A stretch of DNA of 64,000 nt, taken from NCBI RefSeq assembly GCF_004010195.1, contig NC_057729.1, positions 4,339,802-4,403,801 on the forward strand, given 5' to 3'. Origin of the DNA: Chiloscyllium plagiosum. Lineage: Eukaryota. Shown in pieces: positions 28,551 to 42,018 of this stretch (positions within the stretch are counted from its first letter, which is position 1; every line of letters begins with the position of its first letter). The notes beneath the pieces are model-generated. The model had not been told where the DNA came from, searched no databases, and worked only from the letters and a program-made list of their open reading frames with translations. A program made the translations under genes and the position numbers.

Positions 28551-28894
28551 TTGTAACCATGTCACTGTAATGCCTGTAAGATCATACCTGTTAACCTGTA
28601 TTTGTGCGGTTAATTTATTCTAAGTTTTACATGTGTTCAAGATCCATTAATTTTGCTTTCTTGTCATTTTCCCTTTGACCCTATTTACTGCTGTTTTTGT
28701 GTTTGTATCTTCTGTCCCTTCCTGTCCTATTCTGTGTATCATTTGTTCCTTGCTCCAGTCCTACTCTTATTGGCTACCTCATCTCTTTTATTCCAGTATA
28801 TTTATGATTTTATCTGTGCTATTTCACATACTAATCTTAAACTGAAAACTTCATAATCTTTCTTCCAATTTCCATCCTTCTCTCACCTTTATGA

Positions 28895-29157
28895 TTAGAT
28901 TAGATTACCTACAGTGTGGAAACAGGCCATTCGGCCCAACAAGTCCACACCAATCCTCTGAAGAGCAACCCACCCAGACCCATTCCCCTGAGTAATGCAC
29001 CGAACACTACGGGCAATTTAGCATGGCCAATTCACCTAACCTGCACATCTTTTGACTGTGGGAGGAAACCGGAGCACCTGGAGGAAACCTATGCAGACAC
29101 GGGAAGAATGTGCAAACTCCACACAGACAATTGTCTGAGGTGGGAATTGAACCCGGG
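28895..29157 (-). mobile_element. HE1-like tRNA SINE, 5'-truncated
   Basis: Reverse complement of the 24296 SINE, with (ttaga)n tail and gggaattgaacccggg B box. Confidence 0.85.
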
Positions 29158-29189
29158 ATATTGTCCAACACTGACTCTTCCTTTCATAG

Positions 29190-29480
29190 ATGCAGAGTCA
29201 TACAGTTCAGAAACAAACCTTTGGTCCAACCAGTACATGCTGTCCATAATCCCAAACTAAACTAGTCCCACCTGTCTGTGCTTGGCCTGTATCCTTCCAA
29301 ACATTTATTATTCATGTACCTACATCATTGTCTTTTAAGCATTGTAACTACCCACATCTACCACATCATCTGGAAGTTCATTCCACACATGAACCAGTCT
29401 GTGCACAATAAAAAATATACCCCTCATGTCTTATTTAAACCTTTAGCCTCTCACTTAAAAATATGGCCCCTTGTTTTGAA
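29190..29480 (-). mobile_element. CR1 3' fragment
   Basis: agagtcatacag...ggaagttcattccacac, similar to 18010-18290. Confidence 0.75.
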
Positions 29481-29736
29481 ATCTCTTCCTCAACTTCTCT
29501 ATTTTCATTTCTGGAAATGGATTATCAAAATATTCATTGCAAGTCCACTGGTACTAGCAACTATTTTGAACACACTTCCTCTTACCCTAACCAGTGCTTC
29601 AGATATGTCTTTCATTATTCTTAATCAAGGTATTATCTCTCCCCACCAATGTTGACAGGATCCTCAACCATGTCCAATCTATTTCTTGCACTTTCAACTT
29701 TCCCTTTCCTTCCTAGAACTGATAGGAATCCCCAGT

Positions 29737-30020
29737 CAAAACCGAAAGAACTGCAGATGTTGTAAATTAGAGACAAAAATAGAAATTGCTGGAAAAGCTC
29801 AACAGATCTGGCAGCATCTGTGGAGAGAATCAAGAGTTAATGTCTTGGGTTAAGTGACCCTTCCTCAGAACTAAATAAGCTCTGGCAGCATCTGTGTAGA
29901 GAATCAAGAGTTAACATTTTGGGTTGAGTGGCCCTTCCTTAGAATTGAATAAACTCTGATTTCCCTACACAGATGCTGCCAGAGCTGCTGAGCATTTCCA
30001 GCAATTTCTATTTTTGTCTC
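29737..30020. mobile_element. Inverted PLE terminal repeats of a second family with an internal ~70-bp tandem duplication and degenerate hammerheads on the minus strand
   Basis: tctggcagcatctgtg..gagaatcaagagttaa..tgacccttcctcagaact occurs twice, followed by an inverted arm ending ctatttttgtctc. Confidence 0.78.
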
Positions 30021-30024
30021 GGAA

Positions 30025-30510
30025 TCAGCTTTCACCCACGAGTCTTTGCAATCAATGCATCATCCCTCATTTCGATTACCTCTATCATAATGTCACCGCC
30101 AAACACAAAATGCACTCACTCCCCTTTCGGCATTACAAAGGCACTGTTCCCTCTGCAGCCCTATAGTCCACTCTTCAAACAGCTCCAAAACACGACATTC
30201 TCTTGCAGTACGGTTCCATGCAATTGTAGATTTAACACTTGCTCTTTTGCCTTCCACCTTTCACTATTGTAAAATCTCTCTTCAGTTATTACTGTACTGA
30301 ATGCTCGCAATGTGGTTTGCTCTACAATCAAACAGACTAGGTGATTGCTTCAAGGAACACTTCTCTTTGTCTACCATTTTAATTTTCCACCTTGTTCTTA
30401 CTCTAACGTGCAACAGTGAAGTGAATTAATGCAAGTGTGAAGAACAGCATCAAATTTTTAAATAGCGCTTTAGTATGTTGGACTCAACTTCAAGTTTAAT
30501 AATTCTAGAC
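30025..30510 (+). mobile_element. Highly decayed Penelope-like ORF remnant
   Basis: ctttcaccca.. (TFHP), tgctcgcaatgtggtttgctctaca (CSQCGLLY) and gaagaacagcat remnants. Confidence 0.6.
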
Positions 30511-31299
30511 AAAAAACTCTGGCCTTTTTAATTCATTTCATTTGGATATTTTGTTTTTAATCTTCTTTCCACTTTTGGACGATAGGATGGCAGAAAGATG
30601 AACTAACTATCTCCTCTAGTCACTGCTTCTGTTTCTATGATTGACACATTATCATTCAGAGTATTCACTCTGCCCCACTAACTCTTTTGTCGTTTAATGT
30701 GCCCTGCCATCCATTCTATTACAGGGATTCCCTATTGTACTTTTACCATATCCCACTTTTTTTTTGTTTCATATCTAGTATGCTTTTAACTTCCCACAGC
30801 TGAAAGCCCTAGCTGTTTTACTACAAATGTTGCCTGAATTTTCTTTGGGAGATTAGAGTGCACAACTGGCTACTGCATCTTCCACATTACAGCAGTTCAG
30901 AAAGTATTTCATTGTAATGCACAGAAATTGATACTGAGATTGTGAACAGCGTAAATTAAATTCTATTTTTAGATACGGTTATGCCATTGATAGTAATTAA
31001 GATTTAGGATATTCAGATATTTTGGGTGTATTGGGGAGGACAACTGGAATTGTGGGTTATCTCAGATCCCATAGATTAGAAGCAAGTCATCCTACAGAAG
31101 GGACTGACTCAGAACAATGATTAAGATTGAGGCTTAGGTTTAGAGACGTAGTCAAAAACCCACTTTTAAAGTGATTGATAGACAAACAACTAAACAAAAT
31201 GAAACATCAAAGATATGTGGCGTCCCCCCACACATCACAAAACATTTTCAACCTCCCTGAGGGTGTCTGAACCTGCAATCCGCCGAAGTTCTTCATCCT

Positions 31300-31480
31300 T
31301 GAGCGCGAGGGAACTGAGTAAACGTTGGAAAAGTTAGCATGCGCCAGTTGGCGCAAGCGCAGATGATGATTTTAGAGCGCGCGTGCGGGTCGGTGCAGGC
31401 GCAGACGGTGAGATTGGTGCGGGCGGGTGGGTTGGCGCAAGCGCAGACTGTGGAAAAGGCGAGGTGCGGGGCAGGTGAGA
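31300..31480 (+). promoter_or_regulatory. CpG-rich promoter with NRF1-like motifs and a candidate non-coding first exon (probably of NUDT19 copy 1)
   Basis: GCATGCGC, GCGCAAGCGCA twice, TGCAGGCGCA, GGGCGG and ATTGG; donor CAG|GTGAGA at 31474/31475. Confidence 0.65.
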
Positions 31481-31519
31481 CATGATAGTTGTAGGTGTGA
31501 GTTGATGCTTTTAGCAGAT

Positions 31520-32185
31520 AGGAACATAAGAACCAGGAGCAGGATTAGGCCACCTGATCCCTCGAGCCTGCTTCGCCATTTAGTAAGGTCATGGTTGATC
31601 TTTTTTGTGGACTTACCTCCATTTACCCGGCTCTCACCATATCTCTTAATTCCTTTATTCAAAAAATTCTCTCTTAGCTTTAAAAACGTCAACTTCTTCA
31701 CTGAGCAGGGAATTCCATAGATTTACACCATTCTGGGTGAAGAAGTTCCTTCTCAATTTAGTCCTAAATCTGCACCCTTTAGTCTTGAGGCTATGTCCTC
31801 TTGTGTGAATTTCATCTGCCAGTGTAAACATTCTATTTTTATCTTATCTATCCCCTTCATAATATTATATGTTTCTATAAGATCATCCTTCATTCTTCTG
31901 ACTTCCAATGACTATAACTCCAGTCCACTCAGCGTCTTCTTATAAGCCAACCCCCTCAACCCCGGAATCAACATAGTGAACCTCCTCTAGCGCTAGTACA
32001 TCCTTTCTCAAGTAAGGAGATCCCAAACTGCACACAGTACTCCAAATGTGGCCTCACCAGCATCTTGTACAGCTGCAACATAACCTCCCTGCTTTTAAAC
32101 TCAATCCCTTTAGCAATGAAGGACAAAATTCCATTTGCCCTCCTAATTACTTGTAGTACCTGCAGACTAATTCTCTGTGATTCTT
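31520..32185 (-). mobile_element. CR1 3' fragment
   Basis: gaacataagaaccaggagcagga end and caaactgcacacagtactcca (EYCVQF). Confidence 0.85.
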
Positions 32186-32779
32186 TATGAAATATGGTCT
32201 AAATAAACTGGTTTTGTCATGCCAAGCATAATTAATTTGTTTTATTTTAAACCTATTCCAGCATTTTTGTCATATACTGCACCCGTCAGTATTTGCTATA
32301 TCAAATTCTTGAAGTGCTCACTACTGAAACCCTTCCAGTTAAATACTTGTTTGACAACAAATACCTGTACTGTGTGTCTAGAAATTTCCTCTAATTAAAA
32401 ATTGAGATAACTAAAGCTATTGTTTTTGGCCCCCTAACACAAAATCCGTTCCCAGGCAACTGACCCCCACTCCCTCTCCCTGAAAACTCTGAGGCTCATC
32501 CAAGCCATTTTAGATTTAGTATTTTTACATCAAATTGTTGTTGGAAGCTGAAATGTTTATTTGGCCATTGGAAGAGTGAACCTGGTTCTGTGGTCCATTC
32601 CGAGAAGGTAGGCAAGTTTAGCTTAGATATTCATGTGGAAGTGTGATAAAGAACAAAGAAAATTTACAGCCCAGGAACAGGCCCTTCGGTCCTCCAAGCC
32701 TGAGCCTGTGATGTTATGGAGAAAACAGAGGCTTATCTCTTAGGTATGGGGCTGATTAATAAATATTCTTGGATGCAGA

Positions 32780-33850
32780 AGATTTAGAAAAAAAACGAGG
32801 AAGGAAAGAAAGAGAGGGGGAGGTAGTGGTAATAAGAAAACTGTTAGAATGCTCGAGAGAGAGGATATGCCTGAGAGCCCCAAGACAAATTTATTTGAAT
32901 AGAGCTAAGAAATAGATATACCCTGATATTTTTCTATGTATTCTATAAGCTGCCAACTGTGAAGAAGATGGAGATGAACAGATTTGTAAGAATATTACAG
33001 AGAAGTGCAAGATTTAGTCAGTCATTAAAATATGGGGATTTTAATTATCCTAAAGTAGACCGGATAGTAATAATGTAAGGATGGGAATGAACAAGAGATT
33101 ATAGTGCCTGATCAGGAGAATTTTCTACATCTGTATGTTTGCAACCTAAGAATAAAGTAAGCAATCCTCGACTGTTCCTTGGAAATGAGGTACACCAATT
33201 AGACAAAGTGTCACAAGGAGATCATTTAGGAGACAGTGATCATTGAGGCTGCAGAAAAGGACAAGGAGCAATCCAGAGTAAGAATAAATGGGGAAGGTCA
33301 ATATGGGAGAGAATGGATTTGGCCTAGATAAGATTTACAGTCAAAATAATAACTCTATTTAAAAAAAAAGACTATTCAGATATAGTAAAGGTATATTCCC
33401 AAAAGGGGAGAAGGAAGAATAAACAAACCCAAAGCTCAGTGAATGATGAAAGAGATAGTAAGATGAAACAAAAAGAGGCTTTAATACACTAGATGGCAGT
33501 TGGATAATATATTGAGATTCAAGTTTGATATATATAGTTCAGAGGGAATTTTAAAAACAAGAGCAGCAAAGAGAGTGTATGAAGAGATTGGCAGCTAACA
33601 TAACACAGAATCCAAAGTCTTCTGTAGACATATAAATTGCAAAAGGGTTGTAAAAATGGGAGTAGGGCTGATTATGAACTAAGAGGATTTATGCATCAAT
33701 ATAGAGAGGTTAGTTGAAGTACTTAGTGAGTACTTTGCATATATTTTTATCAAAAAAGATGTGTCTTAAGTTATGGTGAAACAGGAAATAGTTGGGAGAC
33801 TTGATGAATTCAAAATTGATGAAGAGGAGACGATAGTTAGGCTGTGCAAA
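32780..33850 (+). mobile_element. Decayed CR1 ORF2 endonuclease/linker region
   Basis: atggggattttaattatcc (MGDFNYP), ggagacagtgatcat (GDSDH) and gagtactttgcat remnants. Confidence 0.7.
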
Positions 33851-35389
33851 CCGAACCAAGGAAAAACTTTCCCAAGAGATTTGATTTCAGTTCTGGTGTG
33901 CAGTTTCCCAGGAGGCTAGCCAAATGATCCTGGAACAAGAGAGAAGAAGCTGCCATTGCAGATGCTTCCACGCAGTACACTGTGTGGTTGATTAATAAAA
34001 TAAATTAATAAAACAACACCAAAATGAGGTTTCAATGCCTATCATTCTCTGTCCATCCCAAATACATTGCCTCTTCCTCCTCATGGTAAACCATAACCCC
34101 ATGCATCTCATTTTATCCTTCTACCCCTCCCTATGCCAACTTATTCCCTCAATGTCACCTTGTGTTTCTGTACCCTCCCTCATAGCCCAACAAATCCTTC
34201 AGGTCACTGAATGCTCTGTACTTAACCCCCACAACATTACTGCCAACTTATGCCCCTGTACCCACCCTATGCTAACATATGCACCTTTACCATCCCCACA
34301 TTCTTCCATATCGTAGATGCCAACCAATCTATCCATTCATCCCCATAGCACTTTATTTTCCTTATCACAACTTAGTGCTAACATGCCAACCCATTTGTAC
34401 TGCTCTCTGTGGCCAAACATTAGGAACCACGCTGACATAAAATAAAATTGTCTGTTTATGACATCACTGTTTGAAATCAAAACTCTTGTTGAGTAAACAA
34501 AACTCAGTACATTGAAATTCCTTAAATAAATCTTTCATGAAAATAAATGTTTCACTCTTACTAAATTACTTAAAGAAACAAACATTTGTATTTTACAACC
34601 ACTTGAGCTGTCAATCAGACTATTCACTTAATGAACATCCAACTGTGAAATTAGTCATGAAGCACTAATCCTATACTTGTAACTGTTGGGCTATGTCAAC
34701 AGATAAAGGGAAAGTACACCAATTTTTAAAAAAACTATAGACTTTTCATTAACTGTAAAGCTCAGGAGTTAAATAACTTGACAGTTCCTTTGGGATTATG
34801 CACCCTTAGGCATATTCATCTACAATTTTAACAGTCCCAAAAGGGTACCTGCTCCACTCCAGTACCTGATCTGTGCAGTACTCAAAAGATACCTGACCCC
34901 TCTCGAAAGTACCTGCTATTCCTTGACCCTAAAGGTATTTGCGACCATATGCAAAGGTGCATCCTGGTTATTCAAACAAATCCACAAACTTCAGAACAAC
35001 TCTTTAACAGATGTGCACATTCCAAGTTCCATGCTACTGGAATATAAAACTCCACTTCAGTAGAGATAGCCGATGATTTAAATGGCCAGTGTCTCCTTAA
35101 AATTTGCCGTATGTCAAATCAGATTTGACCCAAGTTGGATCCTGCAAAAATGGGAAGTGCAGTGTTTGGTGGTGGGACTTGCAATTGCAGGCCATCTCTG
35201 CTGTTTATTGTGGTGAAAATCTTGCCCTGATTCTTCATAATTTAAGATCTCACAGAATTACTAACTAATTCACCTTGTGCTTGCTGCTTCCCACCTTCAG
35301 CTCACCTCTCCCAATTCATTGCCTTCTTTGACTTTTTGCCGATTCTCCTACATGCCATTTCCCTTTATATAGTTTGTGCGCAGAAATGA

Positions 35390-35910
35390 TTGAAGAGGAT
35401 GGGGCAGTTTGGCCTCAGCTGGAGTATTCTGTCCAGTCTGGATCTCACACTTTTGAAAGAAAGTGAAGGCATTAGTTTGCAGAAAAATATCATGGAATTG
35501 TTCTAACTTCAATTATGTAGCTAGATTGGAGAAGCTGCGATTATTCTTGGAGAAGAGAAAATTGAGAGGAGATTGAATGGAGATGTTCGAGATGAAAAGT
35601 GGTTTGGACAAGTAGATAGGGAGAAATTGTTCCCATTGGACAGATGGAGAAACAGTGATTGGCAAAAAAAAAAGAACAACAATGTGATGAATATCTTTAC
35701 AGTGAATCATTCGGATCTGGAATGCACCTGAGATTGTGATGAGGACCGATTCAATTGTGGCCTTCCAAAGAAATTAGGATCATTATCTGAAAAGGGAAAA
35801 TTTGCAGAACTAAAGGAAACAGATCAGGCGAGTTGCAATAGGTGCATTATTCTTCCAGAGAATTGGCGCAAATCCAGCCAGCCTAATGGCATCCTGTAAC
35901 AATTCAATTA
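35390..35910 (+). mobile_element. Old CR1 3' fragment
   Basis: cctcagctggagtattctgtccag (PQLEY) and gagaaaattgagaggagatt. Confidence 0.7.
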
Positions 35911-38900
35911 GTCTATGAACTCTGACCCTGCATCAATTCATCTACTCCAGAAACCTGCACTTGAGTCTTTGTTACCTTTGGCCTTGGCCCTTTTCCCACA
36001 TTCCTGTCCTCTGTATTCTCCCCACAGTAAATTAGAGACAATCCAAAAATCTGCTTGTGTCCTAACTCCTGTCAAATCCCATTCACCCACAGAGCTGTGC
36101 TGCTCATGTATAATGACTCCAGGTGAAGTAAATCTTAAGTTAAAAGTTCTCATCCTTGTTTTCAAATTTTTTCATAGCTTCATGCCTCCCTGTTTTTGTA
36201 ATTTTATTTTGAGATATCTAATTCTGACCACTTGAATACCCCCTTAGCTCCATCATTTCTGGCTGTACCTTTAGTTTCCTGGGAGGTCTGGAAATCTCTT
36301 CCTTCATGAAGCTCCACTTAACTTCTTTTCAGTTAGCTACCTCTTTGATGAAGCATTTTGCTTTATAATGCTCATGTGAGATAACTTAGGGTATTTGTTT
36401 TCATTTATTCTTTCATAGGATCTGGCAAATCCAGCATTTATTGCCCTTTCCTAATTGCCCTTGAACTGAGTGCTTGGCTATTCTAGAAAGCAGTTGACTG
36501 GAGTCACAAGTAGGCCAGACAAGGTAGGTCAACAGATTTCCTTCTCTATAGAGAAGCAGTGAACTTTTTTCAATAATTTAATGGTGACCACTATAGGGAC
36601 TAGCTTTTTAAGTCCAGATAAGATTGATTGAATTTAAATTTCATCAGCATTAGCTACTGTGTGTTACTGAACAATTTGTTGTTATAACCTAGTCATAAAT
36701 GTAATTATACTGCCACTGGTTCAATGCCCTCAGTTCGTGGCAGACTCTGCTGTCCACATCCAGTCCCAATAGAAATCCTGTGCATGTAGCTTTGCTAACC
36801 TACATTGGCTTCTGATGCCTCAACATCTAAAATGAAAAATTATCTTATTCAATTGCCTTGAACTCCCCTATCTCATGAACTCCTCTAATGCTACAATCTG
36901 CATCACACTATTGTATACCCTTACCAATCCCATCACCTGTGATTAATGGTTGTGTTTTCAGCTGAGGGAATGATTCTGCTGCTTGAAGAATCTAAAACAC
37001 AGGGACACAGCCTAAGGGTAAGGATTATTTAAGATAGCGATGATGCGAAAATACTTCACTCACAATTCTCTACTCCAGAGGGTTGTGGATTCATAATTTT
37101 TTATTAGATTTAAGGCTGGAACAGACAGATTGTTTTCTCTCAGGGAAACATTGGAGTTAGAGAGTAGTTTGAGAAAGTTGAGAACAAGTCCAAAGTCATC
37201 AATGATCATACTGAATGGCAGCACAGACTTGATGGGTCATATTTGTCTGCTCCAGCTCCTGTTTATTGTATTTTTGCATGAATTTTGAAGCAGGCATTGA
37301 ACCCAGATTCCTGGTATCTTATCGGGCAAGATTTATTTGCAGATGTCCTGCCAAAGCTCCATCCCATCAGGCAAAGAAAATACTGGAAATAACATTTAGG
37401 AAGAGAGAAACAGGGTTGATATGTATACTGATGACATGTCATCAGAAAGTTTTATATGTATGAAATTTTAGCTCAAATTGCTCACAGACAGGAACTGGAA
37501 AGTGGTAGTAGTGTAACTGAGAACCTCTGAAGAGGTTCTTGATAGGCAGGGATGGGTAACTAAACCAAGTCTAGGGCAAGGAAGACCAAGGCTCCATCCT
37601 GAGACCATTTGCATATTTTTTCTGTTTTTTTAAATTACAGACAGAGAGCTCAGTTTTCCAAGATTAAAATTCTCTACACTTTAACTGATACTTTCACAGC
37701 TTGTGAGCAACAATTGTCAGTTTTTGACAGCTTAGAGATATACACACCTGATCAGGAAGCATAACAAAAGCTGACAGATTTAAAAAGCTATGGCAATAAG
37801 ACCTGTAAGTGCTGCCCTCCTCGGCCCACAACTAAACCAATATTAACTATTTATAAACTTACTTGACTAGGTTTCTACTTTCTAATAGATTAATCCTCAC
37901 AGGAAAACTCAGTTACTCAGACTACTGACTAATACTGCATCAAAAAATGGGACAAGATATGGTCATGGAGAAAATGAAGCAGGATTGTACAAACTATTTT
38001 ACTACACTTGTCTTAACTGCTGCATTGCCTGGTTTCACTAATCAGAGTTAACACATGAGCGACAAAAGATTCATGGCATGTAAACATGTCATCTCTAGGT
38101 TGGGATTGTACATAGGTGACATATTGGAACTCTTGATGATTTTTCATTTTTTAAAATTGTTTTTGATTTGGAAATATGAGTTGACAACTGAAGGTGACCT
38201 TTGCACTGTGAGCATCAGCATTGTATTTTAAAAACAAATAAACAAACTTATATTAGTTTATAAACCCAAACCTAAAAGTTAATTGCAGGTTGTTACTTGT
38301 TCAAAGAATAGTCTAGACATTTCGTTCCAGAGATGCATTATGCCCAAACAGATATTGAATGTTAACTGCAGAGAGGGCTAACCAATCTAACAAAGGGAAA
38401 CCAAAGCTTGAATTGGTCTTGAATTGTGTGTTTCAGAGGATTGTGTTAGCCAAAGCTATGGGAGAGAGTTTGCTTGCTCCCTGGTTATCCTCTCAATATA
38501 CTGAAAGTTCAGAGAATAGAATCCCAGATATAAATATTAAGTAAATATTCCTTGGAGACCATGGGAAACTATTTGTATGCATGGGTGACTTTGCAAACTA
38601 AGCAAGATACAATTCCATGTACCTGTTATGTTATGGATCATACAGTCTGCTTATCCGAACTGTCCAGTTACATATTATTTTTCTTTTGATTTATCCCTTA
38701 ACTGTGTCTCTTTGTCTATCTTTGTGTGACTGGGGCTAGAATAAAAAAAAATTGGGTTTCAATCATAGATAATAATTAGATTATCTTGTTGCTTAACTTT
38801 CAACTGGAAAGATTGTTTAATCTTTTGTTTAGCCTGTGTACTTAGTGTCTGATATTAGTTACTCATGAAGTCTGGTTCTGGTTGTTCAAAATGTCTGGTT

Positions 38901-39266
38901 AGGAACAATTGGTGTCAATTTTGATGGTCATTGAAGGTTTTCATTTTACTGCATTGTAAATACAGGGATAAGGAGGCTGATTTGATTTGGCTGCTGTCTT
39001 CGTGTTGGAGCTGATGTTGAAGATTAAAATGTTGAATGAAAACACTTTGGTAGGGCTAATGGGTTCCCACTTACAATGTCTACTCTCCATGTTTCCAAAT
39101 TTGGTGTATTTGCAAGGTCTTAAGCACTAGATTGCTAGTTCAAGCAGAGGGTAAAAGGTTTACTAATTTGAGCAAGAGGACAGTGGTGTTGCTGATGAAC
39201 TGTAAGAGCTCTACGGTTCCAGCAACAACTATTAAGGTAATAAATTGTCCTTTTTTTGCAGCGAAG

Positions 39267-40454
39267 ATGAATCGAGACTTGAAGTATTGGAAGGAAGCAG
39301 CTACTGTCATCTTGGCTTCAAGTGTACGAAATTGCTTTGGGAATAAAGATTCCACCAGCACACAGGCTAGTTGGCCTCCACGTTCGGTACTTAAACAAGA
39401 GAGAAATGTAATTCACTCATTGGTGGAGAAGACTGTCTTTGATTATGCTGTACTTATGTTACAGCGGAGTGCAAAAAGCAGTTTCTTGCCTCATGCTCAG
39501 GTATTCCCTGGAGGTATGGTCAATCCGTCTGATTTTTCCAGTGAGTGGATTCAGATGTTTCAGCCCTTTTGCAAGCCACCTAACTTTAAACTTGGTATAG
39601 TCAGGCAAACCTCCAAAAGAGCTCCAATTTTTGCAACGGACAGGAGAAAGCTAGGATCTGAAATCCCTGGAGAGGTGGCTTTCCGTATTTGCGCTGTTAG
39701 AGAAACCTTTGAAGAATCAGGGATTCTACTTGTGAAGCCAAATGCCCCTGAAACATGTTTGAGCAGCCAAGGAGCCATAAAGCTCACACAGTACGACCAA
39801 AAGGAACTTGCAAATTGGAGGCCACTTGTGCAGAAAAATGCAGCAAATTTTATAAAGCTTTGCAAAGAGCTGGACTGTATACCAAATATTTGGGCATTGA
39901 AAGAGTGGAGTAATTGGTTAACTCCCACTTACTTGGAGAGAAAGCGTTTTGATACTGCATTCTTCATCTGTTGTTTGCAAGAGATTCCTTTCACATTGCA
40001 AGATGGTTATGAAACTGTTTTCTACAATTGGATGTCCCCACCTGATTTTATTAAAGGCCACAATTCAGAGAAATTCTACATCCCTCCCCCGCAGTGGTAT
40101 GAACTGAACAGACTCTGCCAAATGCCCCATTTCCAAGATCTGCAGCAGTTTAGCCAGCATCGGGCATTGGAAGGCTGTGAGCGATGGCTTCCAGTCCGTT
40201 TCCTTGCTTCTGATGGTTATGCAATTTTGTACCCTGGGGATGACCTTTATCCAGAGGATCCTGATTACACAGGAGAAAAGAAGATGAACGTCAGTTCCTC
40301 AAAAACTCTGGAACAATTGAGGTTAGAGGTTACCAAACTAAATCGCGCAGAGCTGAGAGGTCTGCATGGCATAACACTGTACGTGAATATTGAGCCGCAG
40401 TATAAACATCTCCATCCACTAACTATGGGGTCATGTCAAAACTGTCACCTGTAA
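39267..40454 (+). CDS. NUDT19: Acyl-CoA diphosphatase NUDT19-like, copy 1 (395 aa, intronless CDS)
   Basis: Starts MNRDLKYWKEAATVILA; LQRS..S.FLP.A.VFPGG, Nudix box AFRICAVRETFEESG, WSNWLTP, RFDTAFF, PPPQWYEL. C-terminal CHL fits PTS1. Acceptor tttttttgcag 5 nt before the ATG; AATAAA at 40486. Confidence 0.93.
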   Translation: MNRDLKYWKEAATVILASSVRNCFGNKDSTSTQASWPPRSVLKQERNVIHSLVEKTVFDYAVLMLQRSAKSSFLPHAQVFPGGMVNPSDFSSEWIQMFQPFCKPPNFKLGIVRQTSKRAPIFATDRRKLGSEIPGEVAFRICAVRETFEESGILLVKPNAPETCLSSQGAIKLTQYDQKELANWRPLVQKNAANFIKLCKELDCIPNIWALKEWSNWLTPTYLERKRFDTAFFICCLQEIPFTLQDGYETVFYNWMSPPDFIKGHNSEKFYIPPPQWYELNRLCQMPHFQDLQQFSQHRALEGCERWLPVRFLASDGYAILYPGDDLYPEDPDYTGEKKMNVSSSKTLEQLRLEVTKLNRAELRGLHGITLYVNIEPQYKHLHPLTMGSCQNCHL

Positions 40455-40779
40455 ATTGTCTCTAATATAGAAAAAGTTATTTTGAAATAAATATTAGTGA
40501 GTATTCTTGAAAATGATCAAACTTTATGTGGTGTTTTTGTATAGTACCGGTGAAGGTAGAAATATTTTTTTAAAAAAGGCAAATTTGACAAGGCTAAAGT
40601 ACAGCAGTTCTAAAAATTTGCACCTATTAATCCTGCCAAAAGCTGGTAAACTCTGGGTAGGCACATGAAACATGGATCAGAATGAGAAAGTAAAAAACCA
40701 GTCATGAATCATAGAGGATGCTCTTCACCATGTAGAATTAGCTATAGAGCATGCTTTCACGAGACATGAGCAACCCGAT

Positions 40780-41350
40780 GATACCCAAAGGATAGCTTGT
40801 CTGTGTCAAGATTAAATGGAAAATAATCTGACTGATAATTCTTCACAGATCACTAATCCCATGCCAGATGTTTGACTAACTTAATCCAGCAGTTTCATCA
40901 ATACCCTTTATAAGAAAGCAATATGCTTGTCCAGTTCATGTGGACCCAGAAAGCCAAGTTGCCCGAGCTGTGGGATTGGCATCTACCACTCAGTTCCTTC
41001 AGCTTCTAGGGGCTGTGTCCTGCCTGTCTGTGGTGCCTAGAGCTCTGTGGCATCATCGAGCCAGATTCCTGAACAGGGAGGGATTTCATTTATTGTCCAG
41101 CTCAGTTATGACCAGAAGCAGCAATTCCTGGAGATGTGTACCCGATATCCAGGAAATGTTACGGCATTTACATTCTGCACAACTCTCAAGTTCCTCAAAT
41201 GTTCATTATCTTCCGAACTGGCTATTGGGTGACAAGGCATACCACAGAAGGCATGGCTAATTACCACAGTAGAAAACCCTCAGAATTGCATCACTATAGT
41301 GCTGTTCATGCATACACTAGGCCATTATTGTACAAAAAATTTATCCTTTG
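40780..41350 (+). mobile_element. PIF/Harbinger DDE transposase relic (HARBI1-like), frameshifted
   Basis: Pieces across frames: FLNREGFH, VQLSYDQKQQFLEMCTRYPGNV, ILHNSQVPQMF, WLLGDKAY, YSAVHAYTR. Confidence 0.8.
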
Positions 41351-41732
41351 AAGATGTGCTTCCATTGTCTAAACTGGTTGGGAGGAGCACTGTTTTCTGC
41401 TCCCCATGCAACCTTACTCTTTGATGGGGTGAAATATTAACGAGGGGAGATGGCTGGCTGTGGGACGGTCACAGTCGTGCTTGGAGATGTTCTGCAAAGT
41501 GGTCACCTAGTCTGTGTTTGGTTTCTCCAATATAGAGTAGGCCACATTTGGTACAATACACAAGATTGAAAGAGGTACAAGTTAAATCCTGCTTCAACTG
41601 AAAAGACTGTTTAGGCCCTTGGATGGTGAGCAGGGAGGAGGTGAAAAGGCAGGTGTTGCACCTTCTTCATTTATGTGGAAAGGTGACATGGGAAAAGGGG
41701 TGGTGCTGGTGGTCATGGAATGGGTTGGGGTT

Positions 41733-42018
41733 TAGATTACTTACAGTGTGGAAACTGGCCCTTCAGCCCAACAAGTCCACACCGACCCTCCAAAGAGCAA
41801 CCCACCCAGACCCATTCCCCTACATTAACCCCTTCACCTAACATTACGGGCAATTTAGCATGGCCAATTCACCTATCCTGCACATTTTTGGACTGTGGGA
41901 GGAAACCGGAGCAGGGGGGGGAGAATGTGCAAACTCCACATAGACAGTTGCCTGAGGCGGGAATTGAACCCGGGTCTCTGGCACTGTGAGGCAGCAGTGC
42001 TAGCCACCGTGCCACCCA
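41733..42018 (-). mobile_element. HE1-like tRNA SINE nested in the PLE
   Basis: Reverse A and B boxes (gctagccaccgtgccaccc; gggaattgaacccggg). Confidence 0.88.

Noticed and set aside
39132-39266. 45-aa N-terminal extension of NUDT19 copy 1 as a possible targeting peptide
   Set aside because: It crosses a clear splice acceptor and is not in frame in copy 2, so it is probably intron.
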